Assembly: GCA_022143435.1 (NCBI GenBank)
Contig: GCA_022143435.1_3941.1
DNA length: 64,000 nt
Direction: 5' to 3' (one strand)
Origin: a phage
Part shown: piece after piece, positions 55,970 through 64,000 of the stretch
Position numbering within the stretch: position 1 is the stretch's first letter
How the letters are laid out: every line of letters begins with the position of its first letter
Translations under genes and position numbers: made by a program
The notes under the pieces: model-generated
Databases searched by the model: none
The model's input: only the letters and a program-made list of their open reading frames with translations
Told to the model about the DNA's origin: nothing

Positions 55970-57420
55970 TGTATAAGCCTTCTAACAAGCCCTCTAACAA
56001 GCCTTCTAAACAACCTATACAAGCACCTTAACCACCTCTCTATACCCTCTTAGAAGCTCCTATACACCTCTTAATCTCTAGGTTATCTGTGTTACTTAAC
56101 AGTAACCCATTATGTTAGCTATGACACTCTCTATAGGTGTTCACTAGGTATTACTAAGCCTCTATATAGACTGTTTTAACAAGCTTAACAGGAATATCTT
56201 CACAGACCTTATCTCACAAGGTCTAACACGGTACTAACAAGGTATCTTATAAGCCTGTTATTGCCTGTATTTTTAAAAGGCTGTATAGGTAATTATTCAG
56301 AATCTTAAAATTTTTATAAAATAGGACTATCAAGTCCTTTTTTTAGGGTCTTTGAAGGAACTGAAAAATATCTGTAGAAGATGTATATCTGCTTGGTAGC
56401 CCTTAACAGCTCCCTTACAAGTACTTTGCAAAATTTTAAAATATCCTTAACAATCTCTTAACAGCTCTCACATCTTCTTAACAACTCTTCAAAGGTCTTA
56501 ACAGATTCTTAACAGAACTAACAAGGCTGTAACAGTTTTCTAGGGATTGGTAACAATACCAATTAACAAGTGCTGAATAGTCTTTACAGAATCTTAACAG
56601 ATGACTAACAAGAGCTAAGTAGTTAAATGTTAAGAGTTATTTTGTTAAGATAATTAACAAGTCTCTAACAAGTGTTTAATCTTTTTAACAAGCTATTAAC
56701 ATGGTCACTACTCTTTTCTTATCGTTCCCTTTGCTTCTTAGTGATTCTCTAAACATACCTCTTAAAAGCTCTCTATAGCTCCTTGTAAGCCCTTTTAAGC
56801 CTCTTCCTAGTATTTACCCCCCAACTGTACAGATAGCTCTTTATAGGGCTTTACAGGAGCTTTTAAGGCTATGTCAAAGACTCTTACAAGGCTTTTACGT
56901 GGTCTTAACAGAGATTTAACAAGGGGCTAACAAATCTCTAACAAGCATAACTATGTAGGGATTGTTAAGAAATTGTTAAGAAAATGTTAAGGGGGCTAGC
57001 ATTTACGTAACTTTATAGCCTCTTTTACGTAACTTTGAAGTAACTTTATAGCCCCTATAACATACTTTTAAGACACTACCAATAGGATTCGATAGATTCC
57101 TATCTCATAGCCCTTTTTAATAGTTCACAAGAATACTAACGAGATGATAAAGCTTACACCCTTATAAGATTCTTTTAAGTCTCTGAGAAGCTTTATAAAG
57201 GGCTTTTTAGGGTGAGTTAATGCAATCCCTTAAGTTAGGTTGATAAGGCTGTTATAGAGCTTTATAGAGCGTTTAAACGGTTGCCCTTCCCTTTCGGGTT
57301 ATGGGCTTATATTTAAGTTGATTTGATAAGAGGTTATAGCGTAGACTATAGAGTTATTGCTTTTAAGGTCTAGTAAGATTCTGGAAAGGTGATGGAAAGA
57401 GATTGTATAAGGATTCGATA
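55970..57420. repeat. ORF-free repeat-dense region with YTAACAR heptamer array and other short direct repeats
   Basis: At least 25 copies of (T/C)TAACA(A/G) between about 55975 and 56960, three inverted copies TGTTAAG at 56963-56995; no ORF of 60 aa or more in any frame. Confidence 0.8.
56323..56345 (+). terminator. terminator-like hairpin within the noncoding region
   Basis: GGACT-ATCA-AGTCC followed by T8. Confidence 0.55.
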
Positions 57421-57425
57421 GACGT

Positions 57426-57450
57426 AAAAAAAGCCCCTTTAAATAGGGGC
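57426..57450 (-). terminator. rho-independent terminator ending the early minus-strand gene array
   Basis: GCCCCT-loop-AGGGGC followed by T7 on the minus strand. Confidence 0.7.
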
Positions 57451-57489
57451 TGTTCAGGTATCTGGGGCTATTTAGCCCCGCTGCGTCGA

Positions 57490-57738
57490 TTAGTTGTAAC
57501 CTTGTTTATTGTAGTACAGGGAAACAATCAAGTCACCCCAGTAATGATAGTGATGCTCGTCGTTTAATGCCTCTTTTACAGCGTCTTTCCAGAAGTCATC
57601 AGTAGGGTTATAATCTGGGATAACTTGCTTGATAACTGTCTTCACTAATGAAAAACACTCATCAGTTCCACCAATATCAAATTTAACGTCCAGAGTATAA
57701 CAGCCATAAGCATTGACAGTTGCGCGGATAGTTGCCAT
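57490..57738 (-). CDS. small early protein, hypothetical (type A cassette upstream)
   Basis: ORF with conserved GGAG-N8-ATG. Confidence 0.5.
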   Translation of the reverse strand: MATIRATVNAYGCYTLDVKFDIGGTDECFSLVKTVIKQVIPDYNPTDDFWKDAVKEALNDEHHYHYWGDLIVSLYYNKQGYN

Positions 57739-57800
57739 TTTAGAATCTCCAGTTTAGGACTTTATTTAGTGGGGAGGTTATTCCCTCCCCGTTGATGAGT

Positions 57801-57829
57801 AATTTACTGCATGTTGGCGTATGTTGCAA
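57801..57829 (-). promoter_or_regulatory. sigma70-like promoter of type A cassette (TTGCAA-N17-TAAATT)
   Basis: Read on minus strand just upstream of conserved hairpin 57771-57790. Confidence 0.5.
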
Positions 57830-58067
57830 GTCTTTTTTCGTTGTATTTTGTCAGAATCTCACAAGATAAAACATCATATTTTGTAACCGCTTTGCCTTTG
57901 TCGAGGTCAAAAAAGCCAAATGCTTTACCATCTTTGAATCCGACAACTTCATAAGATTCTTTGATGATTTCACCATTGAATAAATCGCTTTCGATACGGT
58001 GAAACAGTGCTACATCTTCTTTGTCAGTTGCAATTTGTAAAAGTGTGGTTAATTCTACGTTTTCCAT
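57804..58067 (-). CDS. small early protein, hypothetical (type A cassette upstream)
   Basis: ATG with GGAG RBS. Confidence 0.5.
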   Translation of the reverse strand: MENVELTTLLQIATDKEDVALFHRIESDLFNGEIIKESYEVVGFKDGKAFGFFDLDKGKAVTKYDVLSCEILTKYNEKRLATYANMQ

Positions 58068-58099
58068 CTTGATAACTCCAGTTTAGGACTTTATTTAGT

Positions 58100-58120
58100 G
58101 GGGAAGGTCATTCCCTCCCC
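58100..58120 (-). repeat. type A cassette hairpin core GGGGAAGGTCATTCCCTCCCC (one of 7 copies)
   Basis: Copies at about 57771, 58100, 58697, 59259, 60817, 61682, 63827; each about 25 nt upstream of a GGAG-N8-ATG. Confidence 0.85.
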
Positions 58121-58133
58121 GTTGATTGACAAT

Positions 58134-58664
58134 TTACAGACTTTTGATTATCTCGTCAATATCTTTTTCAATGTCTTTTAAAGTTTTTTCTAAGTTCTTG
58201 ATATTAAATGATAAACCTTCACCAAGAGTCTTAGAGTAACCACTAGGACGTAGATTATACAGTTTAATTTCTTCCACTTTAAAGAGACTAACTAACTCAC
58301 CGTTTACATCATAAGCCATTGAAACAGTATTTGCAGGTGCATTGTAAAACTTGTTTAGTGACTTGATAGAGCGTTCATAAGCCATTTTATAACCGTTTAA
58401 AAGGTTTTTAACGTGGTTGTGAACGTTTTTACACTCATCTAGATAAATCTCTAAGAATAACGGTAATAATTCCGCTACAGCTTGCATAAAGTGAGAGACT
58501 ACAACGGTTGAGACATTACGACGATGAACGTAATAAGCCCCGTTTTCTGATTTGGTGATTGTTGCGAAATGTACCCCATTACAACGGAATTCGTATGTAT
58601 CTTTTACAGGCTTAGACATTACAGCATTTGAACGAATGAAGTTGATAGCTTGAAATTTGTTCAT
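58134..58664 (-). CDS. early protein, hypothetical (type A cassette upstream)
   Basis: 176-aa ORF. Confidence 0.5.
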   Translation of the reverse strand: MNKFQAINFIRSNAVMSKPVKDTYEFRCNGVHFATITKSENGAYYVHRRNVSTVVVSHFMQAVAELLPLFLEIYLDECKNVHNHVKNLLNGYKMAYERSIKSLNKFYNAPANTVSMAYDVNGELVSLFKVEEIKLYNLRPSGYSKTLGEGLSFNIKNLEKTLKDIEKDIDEIIKSL

Positions 58665-58883
58665 TTTAGAATCTCCAGTTTAGGACTTTATTTAGTGGGG
58701 AGGTTATTGCCTTCCCGTTGATTAGTAATTTACTTGTTTTGATAGTTGATTGCAAGTAATTTTTTGAGCTTATCTATAAAGAATCTTTTAAGTGAATCCC
58801 TTTTAGATAACCCCCTCGAACAAAGTTACCAATGTCAATGGGTATTGTCAACACTTTTTTAAAAGTTTTTTGTAAGTTATTGA

Positions 58884-59225
58884 TTAACTGATGAATATTT
58901 TTTCAGGTTTTACATAGCTGATACGCTGACTTTTTAGCAGGTCATCCCAGATTAGCGCGGCGATATGGGAGTAACCGGATTCACGTAAAAGCTTCATTGT
59001 TTTACTTCTCGTTTCAAAACGGCTTGCGTAGTACTCACTATTTAAAACCGTTTTATTCCCTTCGTTATCTACATGGATAATCTGCATCACTTGAAAGGGG
59101 CTTGTGTCCTCGCCTTTGTTCCACTGTTCAAAGTATTTTAGGCACTGCATAGGTGACATCTTATCACTTACTTGAGTTGACCAAGATGAATTTTCTTTAT
59201 CGGTAATTACGGTTACATAAGCCAT
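58884..59225 (-). CDS. small early protein, hypothetical (type A cassette upstream)
   Basis: 113-aa ORF. Confidence 0.5.
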   Translation of the reverse strand: MAYVTVITDKENSSWSTQVSDKMSPMQCLKYFEQWNKGEDTSPFQVMQIIHVDNEGNKTVLNSEYYASRFETRSKTMKLLRESGYSHIAALIWDDLLKSQRISYVKPEKIFIS

Positions 59226-59316
59226 TTTTGAATCTCCTAGTTTAAGGATTTTACTTAGTGGGGAAGGTCATTCCCTCCCCGTTGATTGACAATTTACAGA
59301 TTTTTATCAGGCTTGT

Positions 59317-59550
59317 CTAGTCTTTTTCAATGATAATTTCATACTGACCATCTACGCTGTCAAAATAGATACCGTCTTCATCTTCTGTCTTAAAGTAACA
59401 TTGTATATCATCACTAGCGGGATAGTCTTGTCTTGCTATCTGGCAAACTTGAATAGCATTTTCTTTACTTCCTGTAAACTCTTCAAGCCCTTTAAAATCA
59501 CATGAATGACCATTACAGATGGAAAGGATGAGGTAAATGGTTGTAAGCAT
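59317..59550 (-). CDS. small early protein with hydrophobic N-terminus
   Basis: N-terminus MLTTIYLILSICNGHSC. Confidence 0.45.
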   Translation of the reverse strand: MLTTIYLILSICNGHSCDFKGLEEFTGSKENAIQVCQIARQDYPASDDIQCYFKTEDEDGIYFDSVDGQYEIIIEKD

Positions 59551-59564
59551 GATTTAAGCCCTCT

Positions 59565-59583
59565 AAAAGCCCCTACAAGGGGC
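59565..59583 (-). terminator. terminator-like hairpin
   Basis: GCCCCT-TGTA-GGGGC followed by TTTT on the minus strand. Confidence 0.5.
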
Positions 59584-59616
59584 TGATTAGTGTTTATAAG
59601 GTGATTGCATAGGTTT

Positions 59617-60159
59617 TTAGAAAAAGCTCTTTAAATCCTCTTCTGCAATGTTTCCTGTCAGTGTATCCATGATGTCACAAAAAACCTGAATACTGTCCGA
59701 CTGTTGAACACTTTTAGCAAGAAGCTCCAGAGACTCATCAAGATAGTTTAAATTTGGGTTATCCAATGAAGGAAGACAAAAAGGTGAATACATAGCGTTA
59801 AACTCTGTTGTATAGACCTTTTTAATCCAATTTACATCAAAGTACTCTGTAAAACTTGCTACACTCGACATATTATCACAAGAATAATCATCATTTAGCT
59901 CATCCTCTGGAATATCGAGTTCTAAGATAACAATATTTTGAGTCTTCATCTGAAAAGCTGCGGTGATAGTGGCATTGCCTAAAGCTTGCTGGATACCTTC
60001 AGAGATTATTTCTTCCTCATCGTCGCCATAGATTTTATTTTCTGGATACACGTAAAAATTGCCGTCCATATCCGAACAATTCCATGCGCCTGATGGTTTA
60101 TCACCGTTATTAATCAGGTTGAGGAAATTTTCTTGAGTAGTTCCGTGATAGCATTTCAT
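59617..60159 (-). CDS. acidic early protein, hypothetical (type B cassette upstream)
   Basis: 180-aa ORF. Confidence 0.5.
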   Translation of the reverse strand: MKCYHGTTQENFLNLINNGDKPSGAWNCSDMDGNFYVYPENKIYGDDEEEIISEGIQQALGNATITAAFQMKTQNIVILELDIPEDELNDDYSCDNMSSVASFTEYFDVNWIKKVYTTEFNAMYSPFCLPSLDNPNLNYLDESLELLAKSVQQSDSIQVFCDIMDTLTGNIAEEDLKSFF

Positions 60160-60246
60160 TTTTGAATCTCCTAGTTTAAGGATTTAGTGGTAAAGCTCTT
60201 TATCTGGGGCTTACTTTATCGAACTATAAGCCCCTTGTAAAGTACT

Positions 60247-60495
60247 TTATTTAACTTTCTTTGAGAAAATTAGTTTAACTGCAACCGTAGGAACCTCGTC
60301 AGCGATTGTAACCAGCATCACTTTTTGAGTGACCAACTTATAACCGTTCTTTGCAGCGTATGCGGTAAAACGGTTGACATTGTAACTATAAGTTTTTGGT
60401 GTGTTATCTGGCATGTGGTAAATGAAAGGTTTACCCAAATTTTCTTCTTGTGTCAATAATCTACAGGTATCGGGAATGTTAAAGTAGTTCATCAT
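60247..60495 (-). CDS. small early protein, hypothetical (type B cassette upstream)
   Basis: 82-aa ORF. Confidence 0.5.
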   Translation of the reverse strand: MMNYFNIPDTCRLLTQEENLGKPFIYHMPDNTPKTYSYNVNRFTAYAAKNGYKLVTQKVMLVTIADEVPTVAVKLIFSKKVK

Positions 60496-60553
60496 TTTTA
60501 GAATCTCCAGTTTAGGATTTAGTGGTAAAGCTCTTTATCTGAGGCTTAAGTTA

Positions 60554-60784
60554 TCAACTTTTAAGCCCCTTGTAAAGTACTTTATTTGTTATTTTGACAA
60601 CTTTTAAAACTGCAAGATAGCCTAAGCAATAAGAATCACCGAAGAGAGTCCTACCCATGAAAGAATCCTCTTTGATATCCTTTGCAGTGACAGTTTTTTC
60701 TACGCCGTGGGAAAGGACTATATCACCAACTTTGATATCTTTGATGTGTGTAGTTTCAATGGTTAAACCATTAATAATAGCCAT
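60554..60784 (-). CDS. small early protein, hypothetical (type A cassette upstream)
   Basis: 76-aa ORF. Confidence 0.5.
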   Translation of the reverse strand: MAIINGLTIETTHIKDIKVGDIVLSHGVEKTVTAKDIKEDSFMGRTLFGDSYCLGYLAVLKVVKITNKVLYKGLKS

Positions 60785-60847
60785 TTTAGAATCTCCAGTT
60801 TAGGACTTTATTTAGTGGGGAAGGTCATTCCCTCCCCGTTGATGTGT

Positions 60848-60876
60848 AATTTAATCTATCTAAAAACCAGTGTCAA
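60848..60876 (-). promoter_or_regulatory. sigma70-like promoter of type A cassette (TTGACA-N17-TAAATT)
   Basis: Consensus -35 with AT-rich upstream tract; hairpin 60817-60837 lies in the 5' leader. Confidence 0.55.
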
Positions 60877-60885
60877 CAAAATTTT

Positions 60886-61290
60886 TTAGAGTTCTGCATA
60901 AATTGCATCACAGATATTACGGAAGTCATGATTAGTCAAATTACGCTGCAACCAAGTGGCGAAAAAGTCAGCGATTGCAAAGTTAGCATCATACTCGACA
61001 GATAGCCACACTTTAACAGCAAATCGGAACATTTTCAAATCTAACTCTTTATTCATTACCTTAGATTTGCCTAACATGTCGGACATTTCATATTGCGCAC
61101 CGTCTAGCGTGATACCTGCTGCAACGTCAGCCAATGAATTTTTTACGTTTTCAACGTCTAAAATAACGCTTTGAATCTTTCCGATAATGTTGTGCAATGT
61201 CTCATCAGGCGCTGATGATGTCATAATGTTGATTCGATTAACGGTCAAACGTGCTTTTAAGGTTGATAATTCACGGTTATTAATAGCCAT
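60886..61290 (-). CDS. early protein, hypothetical (type B cassette upstream)
   Basis: ATG 61290 (track start is TTG); first codons MAI are part of the conserved cassette. Confidence 0.5.
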   Translation of the reverse strand: MAINNRELSTLKARLTVNRINIMTSSAPDETLHNIIGKIQSVILDVENVKNSLADVAAGITLDGAQYEMSDMLGKSKVMNKELDLKMFRFAVKVWLSVEYDANFAIADFFATWLQRNLTNHDFRNICDAIYAEL

Positions 61291-61335
61291 TTTTAAGTTC
61301 TCCAATTTAGGATTGAGTGGTAAAGCTCTTTATCT

Positions 61336-61364
61336 GGGGCTTAAGATATCAACTTCCAAGCCCC
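61336..61364 (-). repeat. type B cassette hairpin core GGGGCTTAA...TTAAGCCCC (one of 6 copies)
   Basis: Copies at about 60206, 60540, 61336, 62409 (variant), 63011, 63357; followed by palindrome TGTAAAGTACTTTA. Confidence 0.85.
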
Positions 61365-61376
61365 ATGTAAAGTACT

Positions 61377-61649
61377 TTACATTAAATGCAGTTTTTTGCC
61401 TTTTACTATAATGTAACTCGATGCGCTATTGCTTTGCACATCCTGATAAATTCTGCGCAAACGTCCTTCGTAGTGTACTTTCCAACTGGTTGGAATCTTT
61501 TTACCGTATCCCGTAGCAGTTTTTTGGAGTCCTGCTACTTGCCAATCTAAGATATGAGTTTCAGCCTGTAAATCCTCAAAGTGCATGACACCATCTACAT
61601 AGTGACGTAGTGTGACATTTAAAGTACGACCGTTGTTAGTAGTATACAT
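61377..61649 (-). CDS. small early protein, hypothetical (type A cassette upstream)
   Basis: 90-aa ORF. Confidence 0.5.
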   Translation of the reverse strand: MYTTNNGRTLNVTLRHYVDGVMHFEDLQAETHILDWQVAGLQKTATGYGKKIPTSWKVHYEGRLRRIYQDVQSNSASSYIIVKGKKLHLM

Positions 61650-61712
61650 TTTGGAATCTCCAGTTTAGGACTTTATTTAGTGGGGAAGGTCATTCCCTCC
61701 CCGTTGATGTGT

Positions 61713-61741
61713 AATTTAATCTATCTAAAAACCAGTATCAA
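61713..61741 (-). promoter_or_regulatory. sigma70-like promoter of type A cassette (TTGATA-N17-TAAATT)
   Basis: Near-identical to the promoter at 60848-60876. Confidence 0.5.
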
Positions 61742-62070
61742 CAGTTTTGTTTTCGTTTGCTCAATTCTTGAACAATTACAGCGTAGTAGTCTTTTAAGTC
61801 ACTGACATTTAAAGCATTTATCAGAGAATTATAATCATCAACTAACTGAAAATTATCTTTGAAGATGTCACTTATCTGATAGGTTTTCGCTTTATATCTG
61901 AAGCTCATCTCTAGCCGCTTTATTTGCTCATCACTGAGGCGCCCTAGAAAGCTTTCTACAAGGCTATTACTAACCTGCTGTGTGATTGCCTTATTTGCTA
62001 GATTATAGGCTTTATATGCCTTATATAGCGCGAAAATGGCAATGATTGCAGTGATACCAGTCATTAACAT
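61738..62070 (-). CDS. small membrane protein, hypothetical
   Basis: N-terminal TM segment ITAIIAIFALY. Confidence 0.45.
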   Translation of the reverse strand: MLMTGITAIIAIFALYKAYKAYNLANKAITQQVSNSLVESFLGRLSDEQIKRLEMSFRYKAKTYQISDIFKDNFQLVDDYNSLINALNVSDLKDYYAVIVQELSKRKQNC

Positions 62071-62360
62071 GGTGTTTCCTCTTTACGTGATACTTTGCCA
62101 TTTACAGTTATCTCATAGGATTCTAATAAATCGCTTTTAGACTTTACAGGACTTTTAAAAGTATCATCATAGATATTAACTTGCAATACAGGTTTTTTAT
62201 ACTCCCTGCAACTGTTCCATAAGCAAATCACTACACGACGGCCTTTTATTTTGCCGTGTAACCATTCCATAACATCATGATTATTCCTTGATGTTTCAAT
62301 GAAATCAATTTTGTTGAGTAATTTGCTTAGATTTTCACGCACTTGATTTGATAATTTCAT
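62064..62360 (-). CDS. small early protein, hypothetical (variant type B cassette upstream)
   Basis: 98-aa ORF. Confidence 0.5.
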   Translation of the reverse strand: MKLSNQVRENLSKLLNKIDFIETSRNNHDVMEWLHGKIKGRRVVICLWNSCREYKKPVLQVNIYDDTFKSPVKSKSDLLESYEITVNGKVSRKEETPC

Positions 62361-62452
62361 TTTAGAATCTCCTAGTTTAAGGGCTTTATTTGATAAATCT
62401 CTTTATCTGGGGCTATCCTACCAGCTTGATAACCCCGTGTAAAGAAATCTAT

Positions 62453-62965
62453 TTAGTTCTTAAAGATATTCATCACTGAATCTTTTAGTGATTCCAAACG
62501 TTCTAATACTTCAGATTCTGCGTCTGAATTGTTCACCTCTTCTTTTAGTCTATCCTCTAAATCATCGCCGTCACTATAGCACCAATCAAAAGCGTAGCCA
62601 ATATAAAAACTGTCTAAAATTGTTTGACCATTTGCATCGACAACTTTCGCGGCAAGGTTGTATTCTGAAGCCTCTAAATCTCTTTCTAATTCTTTCTGTA
62701 AGCTTGTGTAAGCCTCTTTTGATGGATTTTCCCGGCCTTGTTTTGCATAGTCACTTGAAAGCTGTTTAAGGCTGTAATGCAAAGGGGTTGCATATTTAAA
62801 ATCATTACGCTGACAGTTGGGGTTTTTAATAGTCACGCCGCCCTGATGGGTGTCTGTAAACTCCCAATTATCAAGATTATGGCTTGCTTCAAAGCAATTG
62901 ACAGCTTCATAAATAATAGTGAATTTTTCTTTTACAACTTCAAAGGTAGCGTCTACAGTTTTCAT
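62453..62965 (-). CDS. early protein, hypothetical (type B cassette upstream)
   Basis: 170-aa ORF. Confidence 0.5.
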   Translation of the reverse strand: MKTVDATFEVVKEKFTIIYEAVNCFEASHNLDNWEFTDTHQGGVTIKNPNCQRNDFKYATPLHYSLKQLSSDYAKQGRENPSKEAYTSLQKELERDLEASEYNLAAKVVDANGQTILDSFYIGYAFDWCYSDGDDLEDRLKEEVNNSDAESEVLERLESLKDSVMNIFKN

Positions 62966-63053
62966 TTTTGAATCTCCAGTTTAGGACTTAGTAGTAAAGC
63001 TCTTTATCTGGGGCTTAAGATATCAACTTTTAAGCCCCTTGTAAAGTACTTTA

Positions 63054-63311
63054 TCAGATTAAATTGCCAGTTAATGATAAGTGCATTTTGTAACCTTGTT
63101 TAGTGAAAACATTCACTTTACCGAGTGTTTTTACACCTTTAAAAAGGTTATTTGAACTGCGTTTTAGGTTTAACTGTTTATCAACCTTCACGCCCCACCT
63201 TACAGCAGATTGTTTTCCGTTGTCAACCACTTTCCCGCATAACTTTTTAGCCATGATACGAGCGTCATCACGAGTCTTTGCGGTAATTACAACGTTTTTG
63301 ATAATAGCCAT
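63054..63311 (-). CDS. small basic early protein, hypothetical (type B cassette upstream)
   Basis: ATG 63311; shares first codons MAI with 60886-61290. Confidence 0.5.
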   Translation of the reverse strand: MAIIKNVVITAKTRDDARIMAKKLCGKVVDNGKQSAVRWGVKVDKQLNLKRSSNNLFKGVKTLGKVNVFTKQGYKMHLSLTGNLI

Positions 63312-63399
63312 TTTTAAGTTCTCCAATTTAGGATTTAGTGGTAAAGCTCTTTATCTGGGGCTTACTTTATCGAACTATAAGCCCCTTGTAAAGTACTTT

Positions 63400-63621
63400 T
63401 TATTTATCGTAGTAGTAAATTGCTGTCTGTCTCGTAAATTTTTTAGTATTTCTTGTAAGGTAGCAATTAGAGTTTATAGCTGTTTCTACATAGTTGCAAT
63501 AGTCAGCTTCTGATATTCTGGACCATACGCCACAGATTTGCATGTAAAAACGTTTTGCCTTTGTGTTAACGTTAGTTGTAACCATCAATTCGCGACTGTA
63601 AAGCATTATTTCGCGCTCCAT
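63400..63621 (-). CDS. small early protein, hypothetical
   Basis: 73-aa ORF. Confidence 0.45.
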   Translation of the reverse strand: MEREIMLYSRELMVTTNVNTKAKRFYMQICGVWSRISEADYCNYVETAINSNCYLTRNTKKFTRQTAIYYYDK

Positions 63622-63794
63622 TTCTCAAAGAGTTCAGCAGGGAAACGTTCGCTATACCCTTTTAAGGAAAAAGTATTATCTTTGTGGATAGCTTCCACCT
63701 GATAAACCTTATAAGAGCGTATAGTTAGCATTTTGTAAGAGTATTCGTGCTTAATGTTAACCTCATCGCCAACTTTAATTTTTCTTGATGCCAT
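63606..63794 (-). CDS. small early protein, hypothetical (type A cassette upstream)
   Basis: 62-aa ORF. Confidence 0.45.
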   Translation of the reverse strand: MASRKIKVGDEVNIKHEYSYKMLTIRSYKVYQVEAIHKDNTFSLKGYSERFPAELFEKWSAK

Positions 63795-64000
63795 TTTTGA
63801 ATCTCCAGTTTAGGATTTTATTTAGTGGGGAAGGTCATTCCCTCCCCGTTGATGTAAATATTAGATAACCACGTTCAAAGAGTCAATAAAAATTTTAAAA
63901 ATATTTTTGGCAAAACTGTAATGAAACGGGTGCGCACGACTACCACAAAACAGAACGCAAATCAAGAATTATTTTTCAATCCGCTACAAATTTTTCTCTT

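Noticed and set aside
57739-63850. Possible CRISPR array, because a GC-rich hairpin-forming repeat recurs many times
   Set aside because: Two different repeat families alternate irregularly, the intervening segments are 200-550 bp, and each carries a GGAG-N8-ATG and an ORF; these are intergenic regulatory cassettes, not repeat-spacer units.

Overview
This window is a 64-kb segment of a large, tRNA-rich, probably virulent tailed dsDNA phage (about 40% GC); no integrase or lysogeny module was seen. Layout: (1) 1-17.3 kb, replication and nucleotide-metabolism genes (FEN-type 5'-3' exonuclease, primase-helicase, dNMP kinase, family-A DNA polymerase followed by an HNH-AP2 homing endonuclease, ATP-dependent ligase, DHFR, thymidylate synthase), with two G-rich repeat/hairpin blocks flanking a two-gene unit at 12.3-13.3 kb. 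(2) 17.3-41.0 kb, minus strand, a late structural operon: terminase large subunit, portal, ClpP/S49-type prohead protease with scaffold-like tail, decoration-like protein, HK97-fold major capsid protein, head-tail joining proteins, putative sheath and tube, chaperones, tape measure, baseplate proteins and two tandem tail-fibre genes with HxH-rich tips. (3) 41.26-46.17 kb, minus strand, an array of about 27 tRNA genes covering all or nearly all amino acids, with conserved hairpin spacers and two embedded protein genes, directly abutted by a vWA-domain protein. (4) 48.4-55.8 kb, plus strand, small genes including a GH24 lysozyme and an Ig-like-domain protein. (5) 55.8-57.5 kb, an ORF-free, strand-biased, repeat-dense region with a heptamer (YTAACAR) array. 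(6) 57.5-64 kb, minus strand, 16 small genes, most preceded by one of two highly conserved promoter/hairpin/SD cassettes. All calls come from reading the sequence and the ORF track by eye; tRNA and hairpin coordinates are approximate (about +/-2 nt), anticodons were read from manually folded cloverleaves, and no database search was run.
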